Source: an uncultured Verrucomicrobiota bacterium (GTDB taxonomy: Bacteria; Verrucomicrobiota; Kiritimatiellia; CAIQIC01; CAZMXS01). Taken from it: a stretch of DNA of 64,000 bases. The notes under the pieces were generated by a model that worked only from the letters and a program-made list of their open reading frames with translations, was not told the origin of the DNA and did not search any database. The position numbers and the translations under genes are program-made. Numbering within the stretch: the stretch's first letter is position 1; each line of letters opens with the position of its first letter. This document shows, piece after piece, positions 38,841-49,005 of this stretch. Location of the stretch: positions 96,987-160,986 of the forward strand of contig CAZMXS010000001.1 in the NCBI GenBank assembly GCA_964570325.1, written 5' to 3'.

Positions 38841-39458
38841 TCAACACACCTTCATCAAGTACCGCAGGGGCTTGTAACCTTCCGCATATTTGACCTTGGC
38901 CATGAACCCGTAATAGGCCGCAAGCGCGGTCACGCTTTCCAGCATGTCGAGGCCGGTCGGGTAATTCTTCGTGACCTGCGAGTCATGGCAAGCCAGCAGG
39001 CGCTTCTTGTCCTCCAGCACGTTGCCGATATCGGCGAACGTATCCGGCACAAAGTTCAGGGAGGTGTAATCGTGGTAGAACAGCACGCGCGGAATATAGC
39101 GGCTGGCGGTGACGACGGCCCGGGCCAGGGCAACGTGGTCCTGATGCGCGTCATCCGGGGCATTGACCAGAACCATGTCGGGGTTGGCCTCACCGAAGCG
39201 CTGTTCCACCGCGACAATCAGCGGCCGGCCGGCGACCAACTCCGTATCCTTGAATCCGCCCCAGTATAACGCCTTCGCGCCGATTATTTCCGCCGCCCGC
39301 TCCTGCTCGCGGCGGCGCACCGCGGCGGCCGACCCGTGCGCGCCATCCGTCAGGACATGCAGATAAATCTCATGTCCGGCGCGCGCGGCTTGCAGCAAGA
39401 GCCCGCCGCAGCCGTATTCAATATCGTCCGGATGCGAGCCCAAAGCCATGATCTTCAT
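38841..39458 (-). CDS. PIG-L/LmbE family deacetylase
   Basis: N-terminal AHPDDIE-like motif (GSHPDDIEYGCGG) and HQDH. Confidence 0.75.
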   Translation of the reverse strand: MKIMALGSHPDDIEYGCGGLLLQAARAGHEIYLHVLTDGAHGSAAAVRRREQERAAEIIGAKALYWGGFKDTELVAGRPLIVAVEQRFGEANPDMVLVNAPDDAHQDHVALARAVVTASRYIPRVLFYHDYTSLNFVPDTFADIGNVLEDKKRLLACHDSQVTKNYPTGLDMLESVTALAAYYGFMAKVKYAEGYKPLRYLMKVC

Positions 39459-39635
39459 TGTCGTTCCTCCCGGCCGAAATGGGATTGGGTAAAAAACCAC
39501 ACACGGAGGAGCCGCCCCCGCAAGCTAAACTGAATTAACCCCATCGCAGTTTTCCACCACCGCTAACGGATCGCCACTCACGTACTGCTTACCGATTACG
39601 AATGACTAATCACCGACCACCCATTCGCGGCCCAC

Positions 39636-40337
39636 TCACTCCAATCCCAAGGCCCGCCGCCCAGCCGCGCCGCCGCCACAATTCAACAAGCCGTCCAATG
39701 CCGACAAATAGGGGATAAAATCCGGTTCGTCGCCGCGGAGTTTGTGCTGCGGATAAACCGGCGGCGCGAAGGCCTGGTATTCCAGCCGCAATCCGGCGCG
39801 CGCGAATTGCGCTTCGTCCAGATAGCCTTTGCCGCCGGCGCCGGACAAGTAGGTATCGGCGCCGACATGGCGGCAAATTTCGATCAGGCGGCCGGTCGGA
39901 TCCGAACTGAACGGCGGCATGGCGGAAGCCACGCGCAAATCCCGATGCAATTCAAAAACATCCAGCAACCAGCGCACGGTCGCCTCGTTGATGTCCGCCA
40001 GGCTATCCCACGCGCGGTCCACCAGGGCAAACAACGGCGGGGCATAGCGGTCATAAAACGGAGCTTTGCGATAGTTCATCTCCACGGTGTGGCGCAGTTT
40101 GCGGCGCCAGGGCACATCCGCCGCAACGCGCGCCTGCCGGATGGTGTCGCCGAACCGAAAACTAACCGGCACGGTGACCCACTGCGCCGCGCCGCCCACC
40201 CGCAACTTGTTGCGGTTCTGGAACTCATTCTTCTTGTATTGAACATTGTCGAGAAAAACGAAAACGTCCGCCGCGCCGATTTTATGCAGGTAGCCCGCCC
40301 ACGGCAGAAACTGTGGCTGATGAATGGCGCATTTCAT
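39636..40337 (-). CDS. WbqC-like family protein
   Basis: N-terminal MKCAIHQPQFLPWAGYLHKI is characteristic of WbqC-family proteins from O-antigen loci. Confidence 0.65.
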   Translation of the reverse strand: MKCAIHQPQFLPWAGYLHKIGAADVFVFLDNVQYKKNEFQNRNKLRVGGAAQWVTVPVSFRFGDTIRQARVAADVPWRRKLRHTVEMNYRKAPFYDRYAPPLFALVDRAWDSLADINEATVRWLLDVFELHRDLRVASAMPPFSSDPTGRLIEICRHVGADTYLSGAGGKGYLDEAQFARAGLRLEYQAFAPPVYPQHKLRGDEPDFIPYLSALDGLLNCGGGAAGRRALGLE

Positions 40338-40530
40338 CGGGTTGCGGCTGATAATGATAACGACCGCGAACCGAAAAGCAATCGGTAAGCGCTGGCGCAG
40401 CGGCCTGCGCAACAGCCGGCACGATAGGGCGGCCGGCGTCCCGCCTGCTTCTGGCTTTACGCTGGCGGAGGGGCCCAGTACGCTGCAACCGGTCAATCCA
40501 ATTCCAAGCGACGGAGGCGGCGCGCGGCGC

Positions 40531-41727
40531 ATGATGTGGGCACTCTGGTTGTCACTAGCCGGTTCAACCGGCTTGTGGCTGTTGGTCCTGGTCCGGATGC
40601 GTTTTTTGGAACAAATGTTCCCCGCCCTGGACGCCGCGACGCCGTTGGAGGAACCCTACGGCGAATGGCCCTTCGTCTCCGTCATCGTGCCGGCCCGCAA
40701 CGAGGAGCGTGACGTGGTCGCCTGCCTGGATTCGCTGGCCCGGCAGGATTACCCGGCCTACGAGTTAATCTTCGTTGACGACGAGTCCACCGATCGGACC
40801 GCCGTGCTTGCGGAGCGCGCGCTGAAAGCGTGCGCCGGCGCGCGAATCATCCGCGGCCGGCCGCGGCCATCCGCCGCCTGGGTTGGGAAAAGCTGGGCGC
40901 TGACACAAGGAAGCGCGGAAGCCCGCGGCACGTGGCTGCTGTTCATTGACGCGGACGTGGTCCATCATCCGCTGGCTATCCGGCAAGCAGTCGCCATGGC
41001 CATCCAGGTCCATGCCGACGCCCTGAGCATCCTGCCCGCGATTGAGTGCCGCTCTTTCTGGGAAAAGACGGTCATGCCGCTGTTCGCCCTCTTGAGCGCA
41101 CTGGTTGCGCCGATGGACCGCGCCAACCACCCGGAGAAGCGGAGCTCGCGCCTGTCCGGCGCCTTCATTCTGATTCGGCGCGCGGTATACGAGTCCACCG
41201 GCGGCCACCGCGCGGTCGCCGACCAAGTTCTGGAAGACATGGCGCTGGCCCAGGTTCTGAAACGGGCGCAACGCCAGGTGTGGCTGACCTACACGCATGA
41301 CCTGGCGCACACCCGCATGTATGATCGCTTTCGCGATCTTTGGGCGGGCCTGATCCGCTTGAGTTTCCCCATCATGAATTACTCGCTCGGACTGCTGCTC
41401 TGCGCCTACCTGGCCGCGTTTGTCGGCGCCCTGACCCCCTGGCTGGCGCTCGCCGTGGGCGCCTGGGGGATCATCCAGGGGATGCCTGGCGGCTGGCCCA
41501 TGTTCGGGCTCGGCCTGACCCTTTGCGCCGGCAGTCCGCTGGTCCTAAAAAAGATATTTGTCGTTCTCAAAGTGCCGCGCGCCTATGCTTGGTGTTTTCC
41601 GCTGGCCGCCGCAATCTACTGCCTGGCCGGCACGGTGTCGGCCTGGCGCCACTTCACCGGCCGCGGCTTGGACTGGAAGCAACGCCTGTACCGGCCGGGC
41701 GCCGCTTCCGCACCGCCGGCAACCTGA
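40531..41727 (+). CDS. glycosyltransferase family 2, membrane-bound
   Basis: VSVIVPARNEE, FVDDESTD and LLFIDAD (DxD) motifs. N- and C-terminal TM helices. Start taken at MMWALW. Confidence 0.75.
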   Translation: MMWALWLSLAGSTGLWLLVLVRMRFLEQMFPALDAATPLEEPYGEWPFVSVIVPARNEERDVVACLDSLARQDYPAYELIFVDDESTDRTAVLAERALKACAGARIIRGRPRPSAAWVGKSWALTQGSAEARGTWLLFIDADVVHHPLAIRQAVAMAIQVHADALSILPAIECRSFWEKTVMPLFALLSALVAPMDRANHPEKRSSRLSGAFILIRRAVYESTGGHRAVADQVLEDMALAQVLKRAQRQVWLTYTHDLAHTRMYDRFRDLWAGLIRLSFPIMNYSLGLLLCAYLAAFVGALTPWLALAVGAWGIIQGMPGGWPMFGLGLTLCAGSPLVLKKIFVVLKVPRAYAWCFPLAAAIYCLAGTVSAWRHFTGRGLDWKQRLYRPGAASAPPAT

Positions 41728-41999
41728 CACCCACGGCCGCGCGGCACCCAACAAATCGAAGCAGCGCCCCGGCCAGTTTTTTGCACAACGCTTCGGGATC
41801 CAGGCCGGGCGGCGGGCGCCAGCCCCTCCGCGCCAATCGCCCCGGCCGCAGCCACTTTCAACCCGACCGCCAAGTTTTGGTCGCGCGCAAGCTCAATGCG
41901 TTGCATCGCGAACTTGAGCAGTTGGATCCCTGCGGTCTCGCAGAAGTCAACCACCGGGACGGGATTGGCGAGCGCTTTGAACTTGCGCCGGAGTCGGCG

Positions 42000-42395
42000 C
42001 TATTTCTGCAGCGCCCTGGCCAGCAACCCCATTATCTCCTGGCCGCCCTTGGCCTTGACAAATTCCAGCACGATCGGGATGAACTTTGCCACCATCCCGC
42101 TGTCGAGCTTGAGTTGCGAGAACCCGCCGGCGAGGTCGGCCAGACCGGCCAAGCCCTGGGCCTTGCCGCCGCCGACCGCGCCCAGCAGTCCGCCAACCAA
42201 CTGGGCCGCGCCGCCGGCTTTCGGCGCCGCCGCAATCAGCGATGAAGCCTCCGGTAACACGGCGGCCACCTTCGAGAAATCGCCGCCCAGCTTCTCCTGC
42301 GCCAGCTTAAAGAGCAGCCCCGCGCCGCCTTTGGCCTGCCCCTCCTGCACATTCAATGTGGACATCAGTTTGCTAATCAACTCGCTCATGGCCAA
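42000..42395 (-). CDS. small Gly/Ala-rich protein of unknown function (DUF2780-like?)
   Basis: 131-aa ORF with an amphipathic, Gly-rich composition. The family call is tentative. Confidence 0.4.
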   Translation of the reverse strand: MAMSELISKLMSTLNVQEGQAKGGAGLLFKLAQEKLGGDFSKVAAVLPEASSLIAAAPKAGGAAQLVGGLLGAVGGGKAQGLAGLADLAGGFSQLKLDSGMVAKFIPIVLEFVKAKGGQEIMGLLARALQK

Positions 42396-42624
42396 TTCTC
42401 CTCATGAGTTGCGGACAATGACACCTTCCCCGGGCAACGTCGCGGCCGATGGTTAAAGACACCTGCCAGCTTGATTATGATCGCCATAAAACGTCCGCCG
42501 CTCAAGCCATAAACCTCAACATCGGCCGCGCCGAGCAACCGCCATGACGCGTGGACAATTGAGGTGGCCCCGTTTTAACGGACACGGGCAGCGAAGCGTA
42601 GAAGTGTGGTAGGAGGAGAAGACA

Positions 42625-43191
42625 ATGCCTGGCCCGTACAAGAAGCCATATGACAAGCAGTTCAAAGGGACGCCGTGGATTTACTGATGAGCTGCGGCAA
42701 GCCGCTGAATGTGCTCGCCCGTGAACTTGGGGTCAGTGACATCACCGACAACCCCACAATGGAAGAATGGCTGTGCCTGGCGGCCTTCATGGACTTGAAG
42801 CGCCGCAAGATCAAGGTCTGGACGATCCGGGATCATATGCGCACCGAGTTGGTCGAGACGGCGACTCGTCAGGCGCTCTACCGGGAAGGCCCCATCAGCG
42901 GTCTCATCGCCCATTCGGGTCGCGGATCCCAATAGCCAACCGGGAGTTCCGACGCTTGCGGGAGTAACATCATGTCCCCAGTAGCAAATCCGCCAAGGGC
43001 AACTGCTACGACAATGCGGTTATGGAGTCCTGCTGGGCCACGTGAAATCCGAGTTGGAAATCAAGAAACTGTTTACAAAAAAGAAAGCAGCCAGATTGGG
43101 CTGCATCGCAATGTACTCCAACCGGCGCCGCATCCATAGCGCCACCGGCGACCTGTCGCCGCTTGACCATGAACTGAAACTTGTCGCATGA
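42625..43191 (+). pseudogene. IS3-family transposase remnant (frameshifted orfA start, internally deleted orfB)
   Basis: RBS AGGAGGAG precedes ATG 42625. A +1 frameshift leads into FKRDAVDLLMSCGKPLNVLARELGVSD (orfA HTH). HSGRGSQ and a C-terminal NCYDNAVMESCWATVKSE...RRRIHSATGDLSPLDHE match orfB. Only about 0.57 kb remain of an element that is about 1.2 kb when intact. Confidence 0.6.
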
Positions 43192-43335
43192 ATCCCAGAA
43201 CAAATTGCGCTCCATGTGTCCGAAATATCGAGGCAGGATCATTCCATCATCATCGTCACAATCATGTCAGCTACACGGAGCCGCATTGCCTTGCAAAGAA
43301 GAACGCTTTTGGACAGTATGCCGCCAAGAGACGGT

Positions 43336-43412
43336 GTCCCGGTAGCTCAGTTGGACAGAGCGCTGGATTCCTAATCCGGAGGTCGCGAGTTCAATTCTCG
43401 CCCGGGATGCCA
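43336..43412 (+). tRNA. tRNA-Arg (anticodon CCT)
   Basis: Manual cloverleaf fold. Acceptor stem GUCCCGG/CCGGGAU (G1-U72). D stem GCUC/GAGC. Anticodon stem CUGGA/UCCGG with loop UUCCUAA. T stem GCGAG/CUCGC with loop UUCAAUU. Discriminator G and encoded CCA. Confidence 0.8.
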
Positions 43413-43561
43413 ACCGCGTTCGTTCATTCAGCGGTTGGGGAATCGCGTTGCGCGCGGAGTTGTATTATCGCGTCCGATCTGACAAAAAATCTCAACGAGT
43501 TGACAAACTCACACGCCGAAGCCGGGTTGCAGGGGCGCTGAATGGCAGTTTCAGAGGTGGT

Positions 43562-45217
43562 TCAAGCCTGGTTCAGGCGCAATAACTCGATCAGGTCTTG
43601 GGGGGCCAGGTGCTGGGGTGACCCGATCGTCAGGGTGGTCAGCCCGCTGAATGCCTGGATCGCAATCTGCTGCACCGGGCCGGTGAACTGAAGGCCGGGG
43701 GTGGTAATGGCCAGCCGGCGCTGGTTGGCCGCCAGAAAGACCGCCTCTTCATCCACGATCGATATCGTTCCGTCATACCCGTTTGCGTTCTGCGCATCAT
43801 AGATCTGCCGGGCAAGACCGGATGGGGCGCTCTCCAGCGTATCGGTTGTGTCAGGATATGAGTTGGTCAGGGTGTTAAATATGGCGCCAGGGGCCGGCGG
43901 CTGGTATGGGTTGGCGCGACGCACCGCCCCGAGCATTATCGTGCAGGTGTGGCTCTTGAGATCGCTGAGGGTTGGGGGGACTACCGCCGTCCATTCAGAC
44001 TTGAGGGTCACTTCCAGCAGGGATAGGTCGGCGTTTACCCAGTTTTTCTGATCCGGAACCTGCATCCAGCCAGCCCATTCCCGCTTGTTGGCCAGCAGCC
44101 AGTGATCATTCGGGTTGCCGGAGAAGGTCGTGGACCCGTTATTGCTGCGAATTGACGCCGATACAGAGAAGAAGGTGCAATATGGGCAGCCCGAGATGGG
44201 CGACATGAAACTACCCGATGGAGTTGAAACGACATTGATCGGGATGCCGGCAATCAACATTGCCAGCCCGAGTTGGCCATATACTGGAACTCCGCTGATG
44301 GTGGTGGACGTCGTATACGCCGGCCACTTGCTGAAGTCGGATGTGAATGAATGCCGATAGATGGTCTCATGCTTCGATCCGCTCAACAGCATGGTCTTCC
44401 GGACCGTCTTCAGCTCTGTACCCGGCGCCGAGGCCGGGTATTTGTCGGCGCTGACGTATTCGTAGGATGTGACATCACGCTCGGTCGGGGATGTCCCGCC
44501 GGCCTGCTCGATATACCGCCGCACATAGGCGCGCTCATATTCCAGCATCACGGCCGGGATCAGCAGGTCGTCCCGCTTGGTCAACTCGCAGGACTGCACA
44601 TTGCTGCCCGTGTCCGCGACCGAATAGGTTGCCAATGATGACGAGCCGGGCTGGTAGACGTTGATGGTCGGCTTGCTGCCTGAGTAATCCCACGCAACGA
44701 CCGCGCCGGGCACCCACCGCAGGATCGTCTTCAGGGCATCGGCGATCGTTGTATCACGCAGTTCCTGCTGGGGGATAAACACCACCGGCAGATCAATGGT
44801 CCCAACCGTTATGTGGCCGGACGCCTGGACCTGGTTGACCAGGGCGATGACGGTATCGCGGATGTTGGCCGGACCAAGCGTCCACCGGGTCGTCCAATGA
44901 GCGCCGTCCTCGTATGTGTTCGACTGCCGAAAGATTTCGTTTTCCAGATACCACCAGCCGCCGACCACGGTAACAACCAGCCCTTCTGACCCGGACGCTC
45001 CGGTCCGCCTGATCCGATCCAGGCGCCCCTTGAAAACCTGACTGCCGTCCGTTGTAATCGTCATCGTCTGTCCGTAAGCCAGGCTAAACGGCGTGTTGTC
45101 AAAGTTGGACGTCAGAATCAGGTCGCACTCGTCCACCGCCTGGTTGAAAAACCGGAAACCGATGTTGGAACAGTAGAAATCAGCCGCCAAGGTGTTGTTT
45201 ATGCGCCACGTCGACAT
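43562..45217 (-). CDS. phage tail protein (distal tail / host-specificity-like)
   Basis: 551-aa beta-rich protein encoded 3 nt downstream of the tape-measure-like gene. Composition is phage-like. Confidence 0.5.
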   Translation of the reverse strand: MSTWRINNTLAADFYCSNIGFRFFNQAVDECDLILTSNFDNTPFSLAYGQTMTITTDGSQVFKGRLDRIRRTGASGSEGLVVTVVGGWWYLENEIFRQSNTYEDGAHWTTRWTLGPANIRDTVIALVNQVQASGHITVGTIDLPVVFIPQQELRDTTIADALKTILRWVPGAVVAWDYSGSKPTINVYQPGSSSLATYSVADTGSNVQSCELTKRDDLLIPAVMLEYERAYVRRYIEQAGGTSPTERDVTSYEYVSADKYPASAPGTELKTVRKTMLLSGSKHETIYRHSFTSDFSKWPAYTTSTTISGVPVYGQLGLAMLIAGIPINVVSTPSGSFMSPISGCPYCTFFSVSASIRSNNGSTTFSGNPNDHWLLANKREWAGWMQVPDQKNWVNADLSLLEVTLKSEWTAVVPPTLSDLKSHTCTIMLGAVRRANPYQPPAPGAIFNTLTNSYPDTTDTLESAPSGLARQIYDAQNANGYDGTISIVDEEAVFLAANQRRLAITTPGLQFTGPVQQIAIQAFSGLTTLTIGSPQHLAPQDLIELLRLNQA

Positions 45218-45219
45218 GG

Positions 45220-47031
45220 TTACCTCGCGTTTTTCACCTGGGACGCCACGATGGAAATGTCATTCGCATTCCGGGCGGTCTGCTGCATGGTGAAGTCCAG
45301 ATCGGCCCGCAGTACCGCAAACTCCGCCGATATTCTGGCCGTCACTTGCGCCGCGAAATCGCGAACGGTCGAGGCCATGCCGTCGATGGCGGTGGTGACC
45401 GCACCGGTGGCATCGGTTGCCGATCTGACGAATACATCCTGCCCGGCCGTAATCCCGGCTTGAACCTCATCGGACTTCTTCTTGATTGTTTCCCCGGATT
45501 TCTTGGCCGTTTCGTCTAGCTTGGTTGCCGATTCGTCTGATGCTGTCGCAACGGTGACCGATACAGCTTTAATCGCCACACCGAGCTTTTCACCAGCAGC
45601 GTCCATATCTGCTGATATTTTGTTGTAAAGAGTCTTCAGTGACTCCTGCTTTTCAATTTCCTGCTGAAGGCGTGATTCCGCTCCAAGCCGCGTATCCGTT
45701 CCACTCGGGGCTGCATTTACAGCTGCACGCGCTCCAGATATGCGTTCGTTCTGCTCTTTAATTTCATCAGAGATCTGTTTCAGCAAGTCCTTCTGCTCTT
45801 TCATCAGATCGAGCTGCGGCCCCCTTGCCGCTTCTTGAGCTGCTGCAAGATTCTTTTCCGCTTCGATGATGGATTGTCTCAGCGGCCCATCGATCGACGC
45901 CTTCAGTTCCCCAATCTTGGCTTCCGTCTTCTGGCGGGCGGCATCGTATTTATTGGTGTCGTCTACAAATGCCTGTGTCAAACGGGGTAATTGCTGGAGA
46001 GCATCGAGAAGCTGCTGCTGTTTTCCCAACTCGGACTTTGTTTCAGATATCGGCTTGTTCCAGAGGGATGCGTCTCCCACATCGGAGCGGGCCTGTGTGT
46101 TCTCATATCCAGACAGTGTTCCCTGCAACGATTCAATGCGCCGCCGGGCCGCTTCCAGCGCCTTGTTATATTCATCGACATTTCTTATCAGAGTGCTTTG
46201 TTCAAGCCCTGAATCGCTGACGATTTTGGAGACCTTCCGATATTCTTCTCCGAGAGGTTTAAGTTCAGATTGTACTTTCTCCAGCTCCCTGGATTTGATG
46301 GTCAAATCAGCTTCGGCCTTTGCGCTTCGCCCGCGCGCATTTGCCAATTCTTCATTAGCTGCGTTGAGAATATCTTCCTCCTTTGCAGACGCCGTTTCGG
46401 TCTTTGCTTTATACTGTGCCGCCATGATCTTTGCTGGATCATCTCCGGCTTCAAGCAGCGCCGCCTTCTGCGCGTTTTCATTCTTGGTCTTCTGGATCTT
46501 CGCCTGCAGGTCATTCATCCGCTCAATGTGCGCAAAGACGGCGTCAGCCTCTGTCGAGAACTTGGCGAAAGCGGCCTGTGCTTCATCCAGGCCGCTCAAG
46601 GCATTTGAGAAATCAAGGCGGATATCATTCAGCTTCGTCACATGGCTCGCGGCCTGGTCGATGGTCTCCCCGAATTGAGTCAGCTCGACCGCATTGACGG
46701 CGCGAATATCTTCAATGATTTTCCACGTGATCGTTGCGATTGCGCCCAAGCCAAGCGCGAGCGGACCGAGTGCCCCTGACAGGCCGGCAATCCCTTTGAG
46801 CGCGCTCAACAGGCCCATGGCGCCATCGGCGCTGATGCCTTCACTCGCGGCCCGCCCGAGGCCGCTGATGATCTGCGAGGCGTCGCCGGCGCTTTGTTTC
46901 ATCTCATGGAACGAGTGCTTGAGGTTATCCGTCGATTTCACCCCGTTGTCAGCCGCGCCCTGCAGTAGTCCGAGATTCTTCAGGATGTCATCGAAGCCGC
47001 CTCCGGACTGCCCATCGCCGCCTTTGCTCAT
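45220..47031 (-). CDS. phage tail tape-measure-like protein (possibly N-terminally truncated)
   Basis: Long coiled-coil Ala/Glu/Lys/Gln-rich sequence with a Gly-rich hydrophobic segment (GLGRAASEGISADGAMGLLSALKGIAGLSGALGPLALGLGAIATI). Confidence 0.6.
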   Translation of the reverse strand: MSKGGDGQSGGGFDDILKNLGLLQGAADNGVKSTDNLKHSFHEMKQSAGDASQIISGLGRAASEGISADGAMGLLSALKGIAGLSGALGPLALGLGAIATITWKIIEDIRAVNAVELTQFGETIDQAASHVTKLNDIRLDFSNALSGLDEAQAAFAKFSTEADAVFAHIERMNDLQAKIQKTKNENAQKAALLEAGDDPAKIMAAQYKAKTETASAKEEDILNAANEELANARGRSAKAEADLTIKSRELEKVQSELKPLGEEYRKVSKIVSDSGLEQSTLIRNVDEYNKALEAARRRIESLQGTLSGYENTQARSDVGDASLWNKPISETKSELGKQQQLLDALQQLPRLTQAFVDDTNKYDAARQKTEAKIGELKASIDGPLRQSIIEAEKNLAAAQEAARGPQLDLMKEQKDLLKQISDEIKEQNERISGARAAVNAAPSGTDTRLGAESRLQQEIEKQESLKTLYNKISADMDAAGEKLGVAIKAVSVTVATASDESATKLDETAKKSGETIKKKSDEVQAGITAGQDVFVRSATDATGAVTTAIDGMASTVRDFAAQVTARISAEFAVLRADLDFTMQQTARNANDISIVASQVKNAR

Positions 47032-47066
47032 GTCGCTGACGGATTTACCGGCTTCGCGGGCGCGCC

Positions 47067-48227
47067 CTATCGCGGTGGGTAGGGTTGGACCGCTGAATCA
47101 AGCATCAGCGGCAGACGCACGCGAAAGACCGTGCCATCCGGTCCGGTGGTGAACATGGCGCGGCCCAGCAGGTAACGCTCCGTCAGCAGTTTGATGCCGT
47201 ATGTGCCCAGTCCCCGGCCGGCGCCTTTGGTGGAGAATGAACGCTGAAAAACCTGCAACTGCACTTCGCGCGGCATCTCGCCCGGGTTATGCACCCAGAA
47301 CTCGACCGCGTCGGCCAGGCGCGCGCAACCGGCGGTGACCATCTCGCCCGGCTGACTGGCCTCGACGGCGTTCTTGATCATATTGCTGACCACCCGCTGC
47401 AGCAGCGCCCGGTCGGTCCTCAATTCAACCGCCGCCGTATCCGCGGCCAGGCGCACCCGGCGGCCTTGGGCGACATCATGATGGGCATACAGCGTCACCA
47501 GATTTTGGAGCAATTCCTGCGCCTGCACCGGACCCGGCGCAACCGTCAGCTCATTGTTTTCCGCCGCGGTCAGCGTGCGCTGGCTGTTGATCTCCTCCAC
47601 GATCATGCGCGCCAGGGCGAAGATCACTTCCTTGTACTGGCCGGCCTCCTCCGCGTCGGCATCCTGCAACAACTCCGCCAAACCGCGGAGGCCGCTGGCG
47701 GTGTTGAGTATGTCGTGGAAAAAAATTCGCTCCAAGGCCTTCCGCCGCTTTTCGTCGCTGATATCCAGCATGGCAAAAATGGTCAGCTTCAGCTCCGCGA
47801 AGCAGCATGGCGTGGCGCGGACGCGCAAATCCAACGCCTCGCCGTTGGCGCGGCTGACCCGGCATTCCTGGACGTCCGGCGCGCCGCTCTGGCTGGCCAG
47901 AATCGCCTTGACGGCGCCGCACGTCCGGCAGAACTCGCTCGTGCCACACCCCGCCGGTCCCGTCTGGGCATGCGCGCAATGCAAGGCTTCGCCCGGCCGC
48001 AGACCCAATACCGGCTTCACATCCGAAACTTGCATCATGGCCAACGCCCGCTGGTTGGCCAGCACGATCTGGCGCTGCCGGTTCAGGATCAGGATACCGT
48101 CATGGACCGAGTCCAGCAATCGGGCCACCAGCGGCACAGCCGCAACCTGGGCAACCATCGTGGTGATCTCGGCGCCCGGCGCGCGTTCAGGCGGCGCAAA
48201 CATCGTGGTCAATTGACTCGCGGACAT
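47067..48227 (-). CDS. sensor histidine kinase (PAS-like + HisKA + HATPase_c)
   Basis: H-box FHDILNTASGL, N-box MIKNAVEAS, and G-boxes GAGRGLGTYG. Confidence 0.85.
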   Translation of the reverse strand: MSASQLTTMFAPPERAPGAEITTMVAQVAAVPLVARLLDSVHDGILILNRQRQIVLANQRALAMMQVSDVKPVLGLRPGEALHCAHAQTGPAGCGTSEFCRTCGAVKAILASQSGAPDVQECRVSRANGEALDLRVRATPCCFAELKLTIFAMLDISDEKRRKALERIFFHDILNTASGLRGLAELLQDADAEEAGQYKEVIFALARMIVEEINSQRTLTAAENNELTVAPGPVQAQELLQNLVTLYAHHDVAQGRRVRLAADTAAVELRTDRALLQRVVSNMIKNAVEASQPGEMVTAGCARLADAVEFWVHNPGEMPREVQLQVFQRSFSTKGAGRGLGTYGIKLLTERYLLGRAMFTTGPDGTVFRVRLPLMLDSAVQPYPPR

Positions 48228-48423
48228 GATGCGTTTTCCTCCGCCGCACGATTATACCCCGGATGGCGCTGTGTGAATATGCAAAAAAAAACGGGCCGCC
48301 GGTACCGCTGACCGGCGGAACCATGCCGGCGGGTCGCTTCGCTGCTCGCACCTTGGAAGCCTATCGCGCCCGCTTGCATTTATGCGGCAAGCGCTTACAA
48401 TTTCATTTGGAGGGGATTCAATC

Positions 48424-48807
48424 ATGAACGATGCGCGCCCGCGGGTGCTGGTGGCCGATGATGAGCAAGTCATGCGCCTGCTCATCACTTCCATTCTGAC
48501 CAAGATGAATTGCGAGGTGGTTGGGCAAGCGGTCAACGGCGAAGAGGCTGTCCGTCTTTTCCGGGAACAACGGCCCGACCTGCTGCTGATGGACATCAAC
48601 ATGCCGTTAAAAACCGGCGAAGAGGCGCTACAGGAACTGCGCGCCGAGTTTCCGAAAGCGTTGGTTGTCATGCTGACCTCGGTCATCGAATCCGCCACGG
48701 TCGAGAAATGCATTGCGCTGGGCGCGGCCGGTTATATTCGCAAGGACAGCTCCGTGGACGAGATCAAGGGCATCATCCGCGAGGCACTGCAAACGAAAGG
48801 GGAATGA
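48424..48807 (+). CDS. response regulator receiver domain protein
   Basis: VLVADDEQ, DLLLMDINMP and a Lys context. Divergent from the histidine kinase gene. Confidence 0.85.
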   Translation: MNDARPRVLVADDEQVMRLLITSILTKMNCEVVGQAVNGEEAVRLFREQRPDLLLMDINMPLKTGEEALQELRAEFPKALVVMLTSVIESATVEKCIALGAAGYIRKDSSVDEIKGIIREALQTKGE

Positions 48808-48809
48808 TC

Positions 48810-48980
48810 ATGGCGGAACGATACGATCTGGCGCGCCTGCGGCGCGAAATCGCCGTGGAACAGGAATTTCAACCCGCGCAAAACCGGCCCCTGACCCAGG
48901 AGGAAATCAAACGCCTGCTCGCCGAGCGCAAGAAAGCGGCCAAAGCCACCCCGGCCGCAGTGGACACGCCAAAACCATAA
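48810..48980 (+). CDS. small hypothetical protein (56 aa)
   Basis: ATG lies 3 nt after the receiver gene stop, with AAAGGGGA upstream. Charged helical composition. Confidence 0.35.
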   Translation: MAERYDLARLRREIAVEQEFQPAQNRPLTQEEIKRLLAERKKAAKATPAAVDTPKP

Positions 48981-49005
48981 TGCGCGACTTCCCCAACCGG
49001 CTTGC

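Larger units (their letters stand above)
43413..47066. mobile_element. prophage tail-gene remnant adjacent to tRNA-Arg (lower GC islet)
   Basis: Visibly lower GC than the flanks. Only two phage-tail-like genes lie between the tRNA and the histidine kinase gene. An IS3 remnant lies on the other side of the tRNA. Confidence 0.5.

Noticed and set aside
41340-42245. 301-aa plus-strand ORF
   Set aside because: It overlaps the 3' end of the GT2 gene and is antisense to the small 42000..42395 gene. Its Pro/Arg/Ala-rich composition makes it a likely artifact.
43413-43438. Hairpin CCAACCGC-N13-GCGGTTGG starting at the tRNA CCA end, considered as a tRNA terminator or att core
   Set aside because: It has no following U-tract, and I found no matching repeat at the far end of the phage remnant. 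The evidence is too weak to call.
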